DNA of 32,000 nt from an uncultured Gammaproteobacteria bacterium (lineage in GTDB: Bacteria > Patescibacteriota > Patescibacteriia > UBA2591 > UBA6264), in assembly GCA_964507075.1 (NCBI GenBank), contig CAZDOL010000006.1, positions 6,511 through 38,510 on the forward strand, written 5' to 3'. A program made the translations under genes and the position numbers. The notes beneath the pieces were generated by a model. It was given only the letters and a program-made list of their open reading frames with translations, did not search any database and was not told the origin of the DNA. Position 1 is the first letter of the stretch. Every line of letters begins with the position of its first letter. This document shows, piece by piece, positions 25,173 through 31,945 of this stretch.

Positions 25173-25193
25173 AATTTCTAATTTCTAATTCCT
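25173..25193. repeat. 7-nt tandem array AATTYCT, 3 units
   Basis: aatttct aatttct aattcct, starting 10 nt upstream of the ruvX start codon (25162). Same unit and orientation as 9715-9740. Confidence 0.85.
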
Positions 25194-25208
25194 AAAGATG
25201 TCCAAAAT

Positions 25209-25249
25209 GGGGACAGGCACCTTCGGAGCCAGTCCCCGGGACAGTCCCC
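25209..25249 (-). terminator. GC-rich hairpin plus an adjacent GGGACAGTCCCC motif downstream of map
   Basis: 25209-25237, GGGGACAGGCACCTTCGGAGCCAGTCCCC, folds into a stem of about 11 bp with two A-A mismatches. On the - strand it is followed by ATTTTGG. A further GGGACAGTCCCC copy lies at 25238-25249. Confidence 0.5.
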
Positions 25250-25274
25250 TCCAGCTCCTCTTTAACGACTGACG

Positions 25275-26045
25275 TTACATTTTTGTTAAAACTTCGGCGC
25301 CAGATTTGGTAACTAAAATTGTATGCTCAAAGTGAGCAGATAGACTGCCATCATTAGTAACAATTGTCCAGCCATCCTTGAGTGTTTTGACTTTCCAATC
25401 TCCAACATTAATCATTGGTTCAAAGCATAGAGTCATTCCTTTCTCTAAAATTATTCCAGTATGGGGACGACCATAATTCAGAATTACAGGAGCTTCGTGT
25501 AATTCTTTTCCAATGCCATGGCCAGTTAATGTTCGTACCACAGAAAAATTATTTTTTTCAGCACAAGATTGAATAGCTGACGAAATATTACCCAAACGAA
25601 TTCCTGATTTAATCATTTGAATTGCTATATTAAGCGACTTTTTTGTTATCCTAAGTAATTCCTCTGCTTTAGGAGAGATTTTGCCAACAGGGACAGTTGT
25701 TGCCATATCAGAGAAATAACCATTATATATTAAACCGCAATCTAATCCTATAATATCCCCTTCTTTCAATATCTTGTCCCTACTGGGAATAGCATGAACA
25801 ACTTCTTCGTTAACTGAAGTGCAAAGAGTTGCTGGGTATCTATTCTTCCCTTGTCCATAATCTTTAAATCCTGGTTTTGCCTTAGAATCTATAATAAGTT
25901 TTTCGGCTAAATCATCTAAGCTTAAAGTAGATATTCCAGGGCAAACGGCAGAAGCCACTTGCGACATTACTTTACTCAACAATCGTCCAGCTTGACGCAT
26001 AATTTCAATTTCCTCGTCTGTTTTAATGATAACATTCGTATTCAT
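25275..26045 (-). CDS. map: Type I methionine aminopeptidase
   Basis: Metal-ligand context DIIGLDCG, TGHGIG, FEPMI and HFEHTILVT. The length (256 aa) also fits. Confidence 0.95.
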   Translation of the reverse strand: MNTNVIIKTDEEIEIMRQAGRLLSKVMSQVASAVCPGISTLSLDDLAEKLIIDSKAKPGFKDYGQGKNRYPATLCTSVNEEVVHAIPSRDKILKEGDIIGLDCGLIYNGYFSDMATTVPVGKISPKAEELLRITKKSLNIAIQMIKSGIRLGNISSAIQSCAEKNNFSVVRTLTGHGIGKELHEAPVILNYGRPHTGIILEKGMTLCFEPMINVGDWKVKTLKDGWTIVTNDGSLSAHFEHTILVTKSGAEVLTKM

Positions 26046-26062
26046 AAATAAAAATTTGTTAA

Positions 26063-26083
26063 TTTACCCATATATTGGGTAAA
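26063..26083. promoter_or_regulatory. Perfect inverted repeat TTTACCCA-TATAT-TGGGTAAA upstream of map
   Basis: 8-bp arms with a 5-bp centre, 18 nt upstream of the map start codon. It could be an operator or a leader hairpin. Confidence 0.3.
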
Positions 26084-26132
26084 TATGAATTTTGGCTTTA
26101 AAAAATAGGATAGGAACGGATTTAAAGAGGCT

Positions 26133-26163
26133 CCTCTTCGGTGCCAGGCACCGAAATGAGAGG
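26133..26163 (-). terminator. GC-rich interrupted hairpin downstream of adk
   Basis: CCTCT-TCGGTG-CCAGG-CACCGA-AATG-AGAGG gives 11 bp in total with a 4-nt bulge. The core is the 19-nt palindrome TTCGGTGCC-A-GGCACCGAA at 26137-26155. On the - strand it is followed by AGCCTCTTTAAAT. Confidence 0.4.
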
Positions 26164-26189
26164 CACCGTTTTAATAACAACACTTGTAT

Positions 26190-26834
26190 TCATAGAGCTA
26201 ATTTGATATCATTAAAAACTTTTTCTGCTGGTTGTTCACCATTAATTTCAATTAATCTCTGTTTTTGGCGATAATATTCAACCACAGGAAATGTTCTCTC
26301 TTGATAGAGGGCTAATCTTTGTTTAATGCCTTCTGGCGTATCATCTTTACGACGAATAATATTTCCTTTGCATTTGGGACATTTTTTTAATTTATCAACA
26401 GAATTATTTTCAAAAATAAAAATTTTGCCACATTTACTGCAAATATGACGTTTACTTAATCTATTAATTGTTTCTCTTTCTGAAATTTGGACAAAAAAAA
26501 CATGGGTAATATGTCTCCCATTTTTTCTTAAAATATTCTCCAATGGTTTAATCTCGACAGGACGTCTTGGGGTCCCGTCAAAAATAATACCTTTGTTTGC
26601 AGAAAGAATCGCTACCCTTTCATCAACAATCTCAACAACTAATTGAAACGGAACCATTTTTCCTTTATCAATAATTTGAGCAACTTCTTTTCCTAATGTT
26701 GTATTTTTATTTTTTATTTCTCTCAATGCATCACCTATTTCTATATGCTCTAGTTTAAACTCATTTGCCAAAAGTTTAGCTTGTGTTCCTTTGCCGGACC
26801 CCTGGGGTCCCAATAAAATAATATTTTTAATCAT
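26190..26834 (-). CDS. adk: Adenylate kinase (zinc-lid type)
   Basis: I chose the start at MIKNIILLGPQGSGKGTQA (ATG at 26834), because the ORF-track extension to 26897 adds 21 non-homologous residues. The lid is CSKCGKIF...CPKCKG. Confidence 0.93.
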   Translation of the reverse strand: MIKNIILLGPQGSGKGTQAKLLANEFKLEHIEIGDALREIKNKNTTLGKEVAQIIDKGKMVPFQLVVEIVDERVAILSANKGIIFDGTPRRPVEIKPLENILRKNGRHITHVFFVQISERETINRLSKRHICSKCGKIFIFENNSVDKLKKCPKCKGNIIRRKDDTPEGIKQRLALYQERTFPVVEYYRQKQRLIEINGEQPAEKVFNDIKLAL

Positions 26835-26903
26835 AAAAATGCTTCGCTTAAAATTCCAAATACAGATTTCATAGAGGATCATTGATGGCTTCGCCATCGG
26901 GAC

Positions 26904-26968
26904 AAACTCTAAATTCTAAACTCTAAATTCTAAACAAATTCTAAACTCTAAATTCAAAATTCTAAACA
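26904..26968. repeat. 7-nt tandem array AAAYTCT, about 9 units, with 14-nt higher-order structure
   Basis: aaactct aaattct aaactct aaattct aaac aaattct aaactct aaattca aaattct aaaca, in the secY-adk spacer. Confidence 0.9.
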
Positions 26969-26985
26969 TATTTATTTTAATCATT

Positions 26986-27031
26986 TGGATTTTGATATTG
27001 TTTCGGATTTCGGATTTCGGATTTCGGATTT
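26986..27031. repeat. 7-nt tandem array CGGATTT: 4 perfect units plus degenerate leading units
   Basis: tggattt tgatatt gttt, then cggattt x4 (27004-27031). Confidence 0.85.
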
Positions 27032-27048
27032 CCGTTGCAAGGCAACGG
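27032..27048 (-). other. Perfect hairpin CCGTTGC-AAG-GCAACGG abutting the secY stop codon
   Basis: A 7-bp stem with a 3-nt loop, directly adjacent to the secY stop (27049-27051). On the - strand it is followed by the (AAATCCG)n array rather than a U-run, so it is not a canonical terminator. Confidence 0.5.
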
Positions 27049-28329
27049 CTATAGACCTTCATATTCATGCATAGAAATTTGAGCTTGAACCTGCTTCACA
27101 ACCTCTAAAACTACGCTAACTACAATTAAAATCGCGGCTCCACCAATTACAAAAGTAGAAATCTTAAAAACATTTTGAGTAATAATTGGCAAAATAGCTA
27201 TTAATCCAAGGGAAAGCGCTCCTGCCAACATAATTCTACCGCTAACATTAGATAAATATTGAGAGGTGGGGGCTCCAGGCCTAATACCAGGAACAAACCC
27301 TCCTTGTTTTTGTAGTTGTTCTGCGATTTGTTTTGGATGAAAAATGATACTGGTATAAAAATAAGTGAAAGCCACTACTAAAACAAAATATATTAAACCA
27401 TAAAACAGCTGATTTTGCATTAAAGTAATCAAAAATTGACCAAATTTCGCAAGGAAAGATGAAGCGGATCTTATTAAAAACTGTCCAATTAAAGAAGGAA
27501 ACAAAACGATAGAAATTGCAAAAATAATAGGAATCATGCCCGCTTGATTAACGCGCATTGGCAAATAAGTATCAGTTCCCCCATACATACGATGCCCACG
27601 AATACGACGCGCATAAGTAACAGGAATGTTTCTTTGTCCCTCTGTTAACCAAACCACTCCTGCTATTGTAACTAATGCGAGAATAGCTAAGATTATCCAA
27701 TTTGTGAGCTGAGAAACATCAAAAATAGCAATGGATTGCTGTAAAGAAGCTGGCAACCTCTCTACAATACCAGCAAAAATTAAAAGAGAAATGCCGTTTC
27801 CTATCTTTTTTTCAGTAATTAATTCTCCTAACCACATTAAAAACATTGTTCCCCCTAACATTACAATTAAAATATTAGCAATGTTAAAGAAAGAAAGGTT
27901 CTCAACAATAGTTGAGCTTGACTGCCTTAAAAGCATTAGCATTCCATAGGACTGAATAAGTGCTAAAGGAACAGTTAAAAAACGAGAGTATTGATTTATT
28001 TTTTGCCGACCAGCTGAGCCTTCTTTGCTTAATTCTTCCAGTTTAGGAACTATCATGGTTAATAATTGCATAATAATAGAAGCAGTAATATAAGGGGCAA
28101 TGCCCATAGCCACAATAGAAAAATTAGCCATAGCTCCTCCCGAAAGAATGTTCAACATACCCAACATTTCATTGCGAGCAAAAAAATCTTTCAAATTAGC
28201 TATATTTACTCCTGGCAAAGGAATATGAGCGGCAATTCTGAAAATTACTAGCATAGCAAAAACAAACAAAATCTTATTTCTTAAATCTTTGATTTGCCAA
28301 ACCTGTCTAATTTTATTTAAAAATTGCAT
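27049..28329 (-). CDS. secY: Preprotein translocase subunit SecY
   Basis: A 10-TM protein with MLGMLNILSGGAMANFSIVAMGIAPYITASII and GGFVPGIRPG, both SecY signatures. Confidence 0.97.
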   Translation of the reverse strand: MQFLNKIRQVWQIKDLRNKILFVFAMLVIFRIAAHIPLPGVNIANLKDFFARNEMLGMLNILSGGAMANFSIVAMGIAPYITASIIMQLLTMIVPKLEELSKEGSAGRQKINQYSRFLTVPLALIQSYGMLMLLRQSSSTIVENLSFFNIANILIVMLGGTMFLMWLGELITEKKIGNGISLLIFAGIVERLPASLQQSIAIFDVSQLTNWIILAILALVTIAGVVWLTEGQRNIPVTYARRIRGHRMYGGTDTYLPMRVNQAGMIPIIFAISIVLFPSLIGQFLIRSASSFLAKFGQFLITLMQNQLFYGLIYFVLVVAFTYFYTSIIFHPKQIAEQLQKQGGFVPGIRPGAPTSQYLSNVSGRIMLAGALSLGLIAILPIITQNVFKISTFVIGGAAILIVVSVVLEVVKQVQAQISMHEYEGL

Positions 28330-28340
28330 ACCTGAAAAAA

Positions 28341-28805
28341 TTAAAGTATTATTGTTTCTCCCTTAGCTTTTTTAATCTCTTCTGTAGCTGTTCTAGAAAA
28401 AGCATGGGCTTTAATGGTTAATTTTTTATTGAGACCCTTATTTTTAGCTGAACCAGGAGAAGCTAAAACTTTCACACCCTTTTTGCAATCTTTCAACAAA
28501 CCAACTTTAATCATATTTTGTGGGCTGATTATATCATCTTCTTTAAATTTATCTCCTATGTCCTTCAAATTAACGATAGCCATCTTAGAAACTGAACTTT
28601 TGAGTTTAGAAAATTTTGGAAAAGCTTTAACGGCTTTCTTTAATCCCCTTAACTTAAGCCCTGATTTTCCGCCAGACCTTGATCTCTGCCCTTTCTTGCC
28701 ACGACAAGAATATGTTCCATGACCAGAAGAATTCCCCCTGCCTACTCGTTTCTTGGAGGTTCTAGACTTTAGTTTAGGAGAAATATTATTTAATGCAAGA
28801 GTCAT
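28341..28805 (-). CDS. rplO: 50S ribosomal protein L15
   Basis: KKRVGRGNSSGHGTYSCRGKKGQRSRSGG. Its start codon overlaps the rpsE stop (ATGA at 28802-28805). Confidence 0.93.
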   Translation of the reverse strand: MTLALNNISPKLKSRTSKKRVGRGNSSGHGTYSCRGKKGQRSRSGGKSGLKLRGLKKAVKAFPKFSKLKSSVSKMAIVNLKDIGDKFKEDDIISPQNMIKVGLLKDCKKGVKVLASPGSAKNKGLNKKLTIKAHAFSRTATEEIKKAKGETIIL

Positions 28806-29305
28806 ATTTTTTCTTTTTTATCAACAGTAGATATTAATATACTTAAAGCTTTCATGGTTGCTTTTACATTGTTAATCTTATTATTAGATCCTAAAATCTT
28901 AGTAGTTAAATTTTTAAACCCAACCAACGAAAGAACAACGCGCACTACTCCACCTGATACTAAGCCATGTCCTTTTCTGGCTGGTCGCAAAAGAATATAA
29001 GCCGCTTTATATTTAGCTCTAACTTCGTGAGGAATCGTTCCTTCGGTTACGTTAATTTTTAATAAATTTTTCTTAGCTTGACGTACAGATTTATTAATAG
29101 CAGTTGAAACATCAGCACCTTTGGCTACGCCAAAACCGACCCGCCCTTTATAATCCCCAATTACCATACAGGCGCGGAACCTTAAACGCTTCCCACCCTT
29201 TACTACTCGAGTCACCCGAGCTAAATCAACGAGTTTTTGTTCAAATTCGGGCTTAATTTTCATATTTCTCATACCACCTTGATTTGTTCTTTTTGGTTTA
29301 GGCAT
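28802..29305 (-). CDS. rpsE: 30S ribosomal protein S5
   Basis: RVTRVVKGGKRLRFRACMVIGDYKGRVGFGVAKG. Confidence 0.95.
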   Translation of the reverse strand: MPKPKRTNQGGMRNMKIKPEFEQKLVDLARVTRVVKGGKRLRFRACMVIGDYKGRVGFGVAKGADVSTAINKSVRQAKKNLLKINVTEGTIPHEVRAKYKAAYILLRPARKGHGLVSGGVVRVVLSLVGFKNLTTKILGSNNKINNVKATMKALSILISTVDKKEKI

Positions 29306-29323
29306 AGATAAAATTAAATTATT

Positions 29324-29656
29324 TTAAAATTGAAGGCCTCCTTTTCTGGCTCCATCTGCAACTGCCTTTACTTGACCGTGATATTTATATCCACTACGGT
29401 CAAAAAGTATGCTTTTAATATTCTGGGCTAATGCCTTTTTGGCCATTTCTTCCCCAATTTTATAAGCATCTTCAATATTGGATTTCCCAAAACAAGAAGC
29501 TAACGTTTGACCTGCTTTATCATCAATTAATTGAGCGTATAAATATTTATTACTTCTAAAAACACAAAGGCGCGGACAGATTGAACTTCCTTTTATCTTA
29601 GCGCGGATTCGGCGACAACGCGCTTTTCTAAGTATATATTTTGACTTAGTGTCCAT
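29324..29656 (-). CDS. rplR: 50S ribosomal protein L18
   Basis: PRLCVFRSNKYLYAQLIDD...FDRSGYKYHGQVKAVADGARKGGLQF. Confidence 0.95.
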   Translation of the reverse strand: MDTKSKYILRKARCRRIRAKIKGSSICPRLCVFRSNKYLYAQLIDDKAGQTLASCFGKSNIEDAYKIGEEMAKKALAQNIKSILFDRSGYKYHGQVKAVADGARKGGLQF

Positions 29657-29667
29657 ATATTTTTCTG

Positions 29668-30216
29668 TTAAGTTCCAGTACTTACTGCCTTTTTGCCTGC
29701 CTTACGCCTAATAAACTCGTCAACATATTTCACCCCCTTGCCTTTGTATGGCTCTGGCTTTCGAAAGCGTCTAATCTTAGCTGCAGCATCTCCAACTTTT
29801 TGTTTATTGATGCCAGTGATAATAATTAAATTCTTTTCAGTTGTTATTTCTATGTCTGGGGAAATAATATATTCTATAGGATGAGAAAAGCCCAAACGCA
29901 AAATCAGCTTGTTATTATTTACTTCTGCTTTATACCCAACGCCAACAAGTTCTAATCTTTTTTCAAACCCATCTGTCACTCCTTTAATCATATTAAATAT
30001 TAATCTATTTATGGTTCCCCATAACGATTTTTGCTTTTTGTCTTCAGGGTTTTTTATGCTCACAGTTAATTTATCATCTTTAATTACAACTCGCAAAAAA
30101 TCTGGCAAAACTTGCTTAAGTTCACCTTTCCTTCCTTTAACTAAAATTTCTTCCTTTTCAATTTTTATTTCTACTGCTTCTGGAACAAAAATAATTTGTT
30201 TTCCAATTCTACTCAT
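29668..30216 (-). CDS. rplF: 50S ribosomal protein L6
   Basis: MSRIGKQIIFVPEAVEIKIE...LVGVGYKA...GFSHPIEY. Confidence 0.95.
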   Translation of the reverse strand: MSRIGKQIIFVPEAVEIKIEKEEILVKGRKGELKQVLPDFLRVVIKDDKLTVSIKNPEDKKQKSLWGTINRLIFNMIKGVTDGFEKRLELVGVGYKAEVNNNKLILRLGFSHPIEYIISPDIEITTEKNLIIITGINKQKVGDAAAKIRRFRKPEPYKGKGVKYVDEFIRRKAGKKAVSTGT

Positions 30217-30223
30217 AAGTTAA

Positions 30224-30262
30224 GTCATTTGAACATTAGAACATTTGAACATTAGAACATTA
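30224..30262. repeat. 8-nt tandem array GAACATTW: 4 full units plus a degenerate leading unit
   Basis: gtcattt gaacatta gaacattt gaacatta gaacatta. It ends 8-9 nt upstream of the rplF start codon (30216). Same family and orientation as 7493-7540. Confidence 0.9.
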
Positions 30263-30293
30263 ATGCTAAAAATCAAATGTCTGTGGTCAAACG

Positions 30294-30328
30294 GATTAAT
30301 TATTAATTATTAACTATTGATTGTTAAA
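30294..30328. repeat. Degenerate 7-nt array TATTRAY, about 5 units
   Basis: gattaat tattaat tattaac tattgat tgttaaa. Related to 13581-13615. Confidence 0.55.
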
Positions 30329-30330
30329 TT

Positions 30331-30358
30331 GTTCCCATGTTCCCATGTTCCCATGTTA
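30331..30358. repeat. 8-nt tandem array GTTCCCAT (ATGTTC + CC), 3.5 units
   Basis: gttcccat x3 plus gtta, ending at the base before the rpsH stop codon (30359-30361). The ATGTTC core is in the opposite orientation to 30224-30262. Confidence 0.9.
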
Positions 30359-30784
30359 TTACCATATTTGACAAATGACCTCACCACCAATATTATGCTC
30401 CCTTGCTTCCTGGTCAGTCATTAAACCGTTGGAGGTAGACAAAATAGCCAATCCAAAACCTTTCAAAACCCTAGGTATACGGTTTCCCCTAACATAAACT
30501 CTGCGACCAGGCTTACTAATCTTTTGCAAAGAATTAATAACTGATTTCTGTTGGGTATCATACCTGAAAGTAATTTTTATTCGTTTAAAATTAGCGGCCT
30601 TATTGAAATTTTTATTCTTTTCTTTACATAAATCAATAACCTCCACTTTTTTTATCAAGTTTTCTTTTTCTAAAATTTTGCCAATATTAAATTTAATTTT
30701 GGAATGCGGAAAAACTATCGCTTGTTTCTTCACTAACAAAGCGTTCCTTATTCTCGTCAACATATCCGCAATTGGGTCTGTCAT
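30359..30784 (-). CDS. rpsH: 30S ribosomal protein S8
   Basis: MTDPIADMLTRIRNA is the canonical S8 N-terminus, so the start is at 30784. The ORF-track ATG at 30793 adds only MRN. Confidence 0.95.
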   Translation of the reverse strand: MTDPIADMLTRIRNALLVKKQAIVFPHSKIKFNIGKILEKENLIKKVEVIDLCKEKNKNFNKAANFKRIKITFRYDTQQKSVINSLQKISKPGRRVYVRGNRIPRVLKGFGLAILSTSNGLMTDQEAREHNIGGEVICQIW

Positions 30785-30826
30785 ATTTCTCAATTATTTT
30801 AATTAATATAATTATTTTAATAAAAT

Positions 30827-30865
30827 CCCGATTACCTAAGTACCCGATTACCTAAGTACCCATTA
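30827..30865. repeat. 16-nt tandem repeat CCCGATTACCTAAGTA, 2.4 units
   Basis: Units at 30827-30842 and 30843-30858, both perfect, plus partial cccatta at 30859-30865. It ends 2 nt before the rpsN stop codon (30868-30870). Confidence 0.95.
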
Positions 30866-30867
30866 TA

Positions 30868-31053
30868 TTACCATGATGATTTTCGAATTCCTGGGATAGC
30901 GCCCTTGGTTGCTAATTCTCTAAAACAAATACGACAAAGGCCGAATTCTCTCATGTATCCATGCCTTCTCCCACAACGCCAACATCGTCTCACAATACGT
31001 GTGCTATACTTAGGTGGTTTTTTCGATTTGACTATTTGCGAAATCTTGGCCAT
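30868..31053 (-). CDS. rpsN: 30S ribosomal protein S14, type Z (zinc-binding, 61 aa)
   Basis: [23 protein letters not shown] is the C4 zinc form of short S14. Confidence 0.93.
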   Translation of the reverse strand: MAKISQIVKSKKPPKYSTRIVRRCWRCGRRHGYMREFGLCRICFRELATKGAIPGIRKSSW

Positions 31054-31061
31054 AAAAAATA

Positions 31062-31643
31062 TTAACTTTTATCTAATGATATAATAGGGAATCCCATTAA
31101 TCTCAACAATTCTACCCCCTGTTCATGGTTAGGGGCATCAGTGGTAATCACTATTTGAAGACTATGTAATCTTTCCGCTTTTTCTGGAAAAATTTCCGGA
31201 AAAACTATTTGTTCCTTAATGCCTATTGATAAATTTCCTCTTTGGTCAATGCTTTTTTCGGGAATTCCTCTAAAATCTCTGATGCGTGGCAAAGAGACAT
31301 TAATTAATTTGGTTAAAAAATCATACATTTTATGAGAATGTAAAACCGTACTTATGCCAACCACAAAACCTTCTCTAATTTTAAAACCAGCAATTGATTT
31401 TTTGGCTAAATTTTTGACTGGTCTTTGTCCAGTGATTTCAGAAATAGTCCTTTCCACGATTTCAACATATTGAGAATTTTTTTCAGATTTAGCTCTATTG
31501 ATGCCAACATTAACAGTTATTTTAGTTATCTTAGGAATAGCTAAAATATTCTGGTAACCAAATTTTTCTTTCATGGCTGGAATTATTTCTTTAATATATT
31601 TTTTCTTCAAAGAAAACATAAGCTCTTTATTTAAAAACATCAT
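31062..31643 (-). CDS. rplE: 50S ribosomal protein L5
   Basis: [37 protein letters not shown]. The start is ambiguous. The ATG at 31643 is preceded by AGGAAA; the ATG at 31619 (MFSLKKKY) fits the family N-terminus better. Confidence 0.93.
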   Translation of the reverse strand: MMFLNKELMFSLKKKYIKEIIPAMKEKFGYQNILAIPKITKITVNVGINRAKSEKNSQYVEIVERTISEITGQRPVKNLAKKSIAGFKIREGFVVGISTVLHSHKMYDFLTKLINVSLPRIRDFRGIPEKSIDQRGNLSIGIKEQIVFPEIFPEKAERLHSLQIVITTDAPNHEQGVELLRLMGFPIISLDKS

Positions 31644-31938
31644 TGCATTTCCTGCAAAATCTTTCTTTGCGTCCGTCTGTCAATATCTTGTAACTTACTC
31701 TGATTTTTTTCTTGCAACGTGGACAAATCAACATAGCGTTAGAAACATCAAAGGGCATGGCCATCTTGACTCTTTGACCTTTCTCCCCTTCGCGTTTAGG
31801 ACGAACATGTTTAATGGCCAAATTTAGACCCTCAACAACGATTTTATTAATTTTTGGCATAGCTCTTAAGACTTTTCCCTTTTTTCCAGCGTCTTTGCCT
31901 TGAACTATTTGAACAATATCATTTTTCTTAATTTTCAT
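31627..31938 (-). CDS. rplX: 50S ribosomal protein L24
   Basis: KOW motif IKKNDIVQIVQGKDAGKKGKVL. The C-terminal part carries CPRC-x19-CRKC. Confidence 0.9.
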   Translation of the reverse strand: MKIKKNDIVQIVQGKDAGKKGKVLRAMPKINKIVVEGLNLAIKHVRPKREGEKGQRVKMAMPFDVSNAMLICPRCKKKIRVSYKILTDGRKERFCRKCNDVFK

Positions 31939-31945
31939 AAAATTT

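Noticed and set aside
26092-26274. A 60-aa + strand ORF across the adk-map spacer and the adk 3' end.
   Set aside because: It is made of the GC-rich palindromic hairpin region plus antisense adk sequence, and has no motif. The hairpins explain the sequence better.
26835-26897. Longer N-terminal extensions offered by the ORF track for adk (to 26897), the TraD-like ATPase (to 23468) and rpsH (to 30793).
   Set aside because: The family-typical N-termini begin at internal Met codons: MIKNIILLGPQGSGKG, MADFSQ... and MTDPIADMLTRIRNA. The extensions run through repeat, hairpin or promoter-like sequence and look non-coding.
7493-30865. Could the short tandem arrays be CRISPR arrays or coding repeats?
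   Set aside because: The units are 7-16 nt and directly abutting, with no unique spacers, and no cas genes are present. They contain stop codons in most frames and, apart from the ruvX tail, lie outside ORFs.
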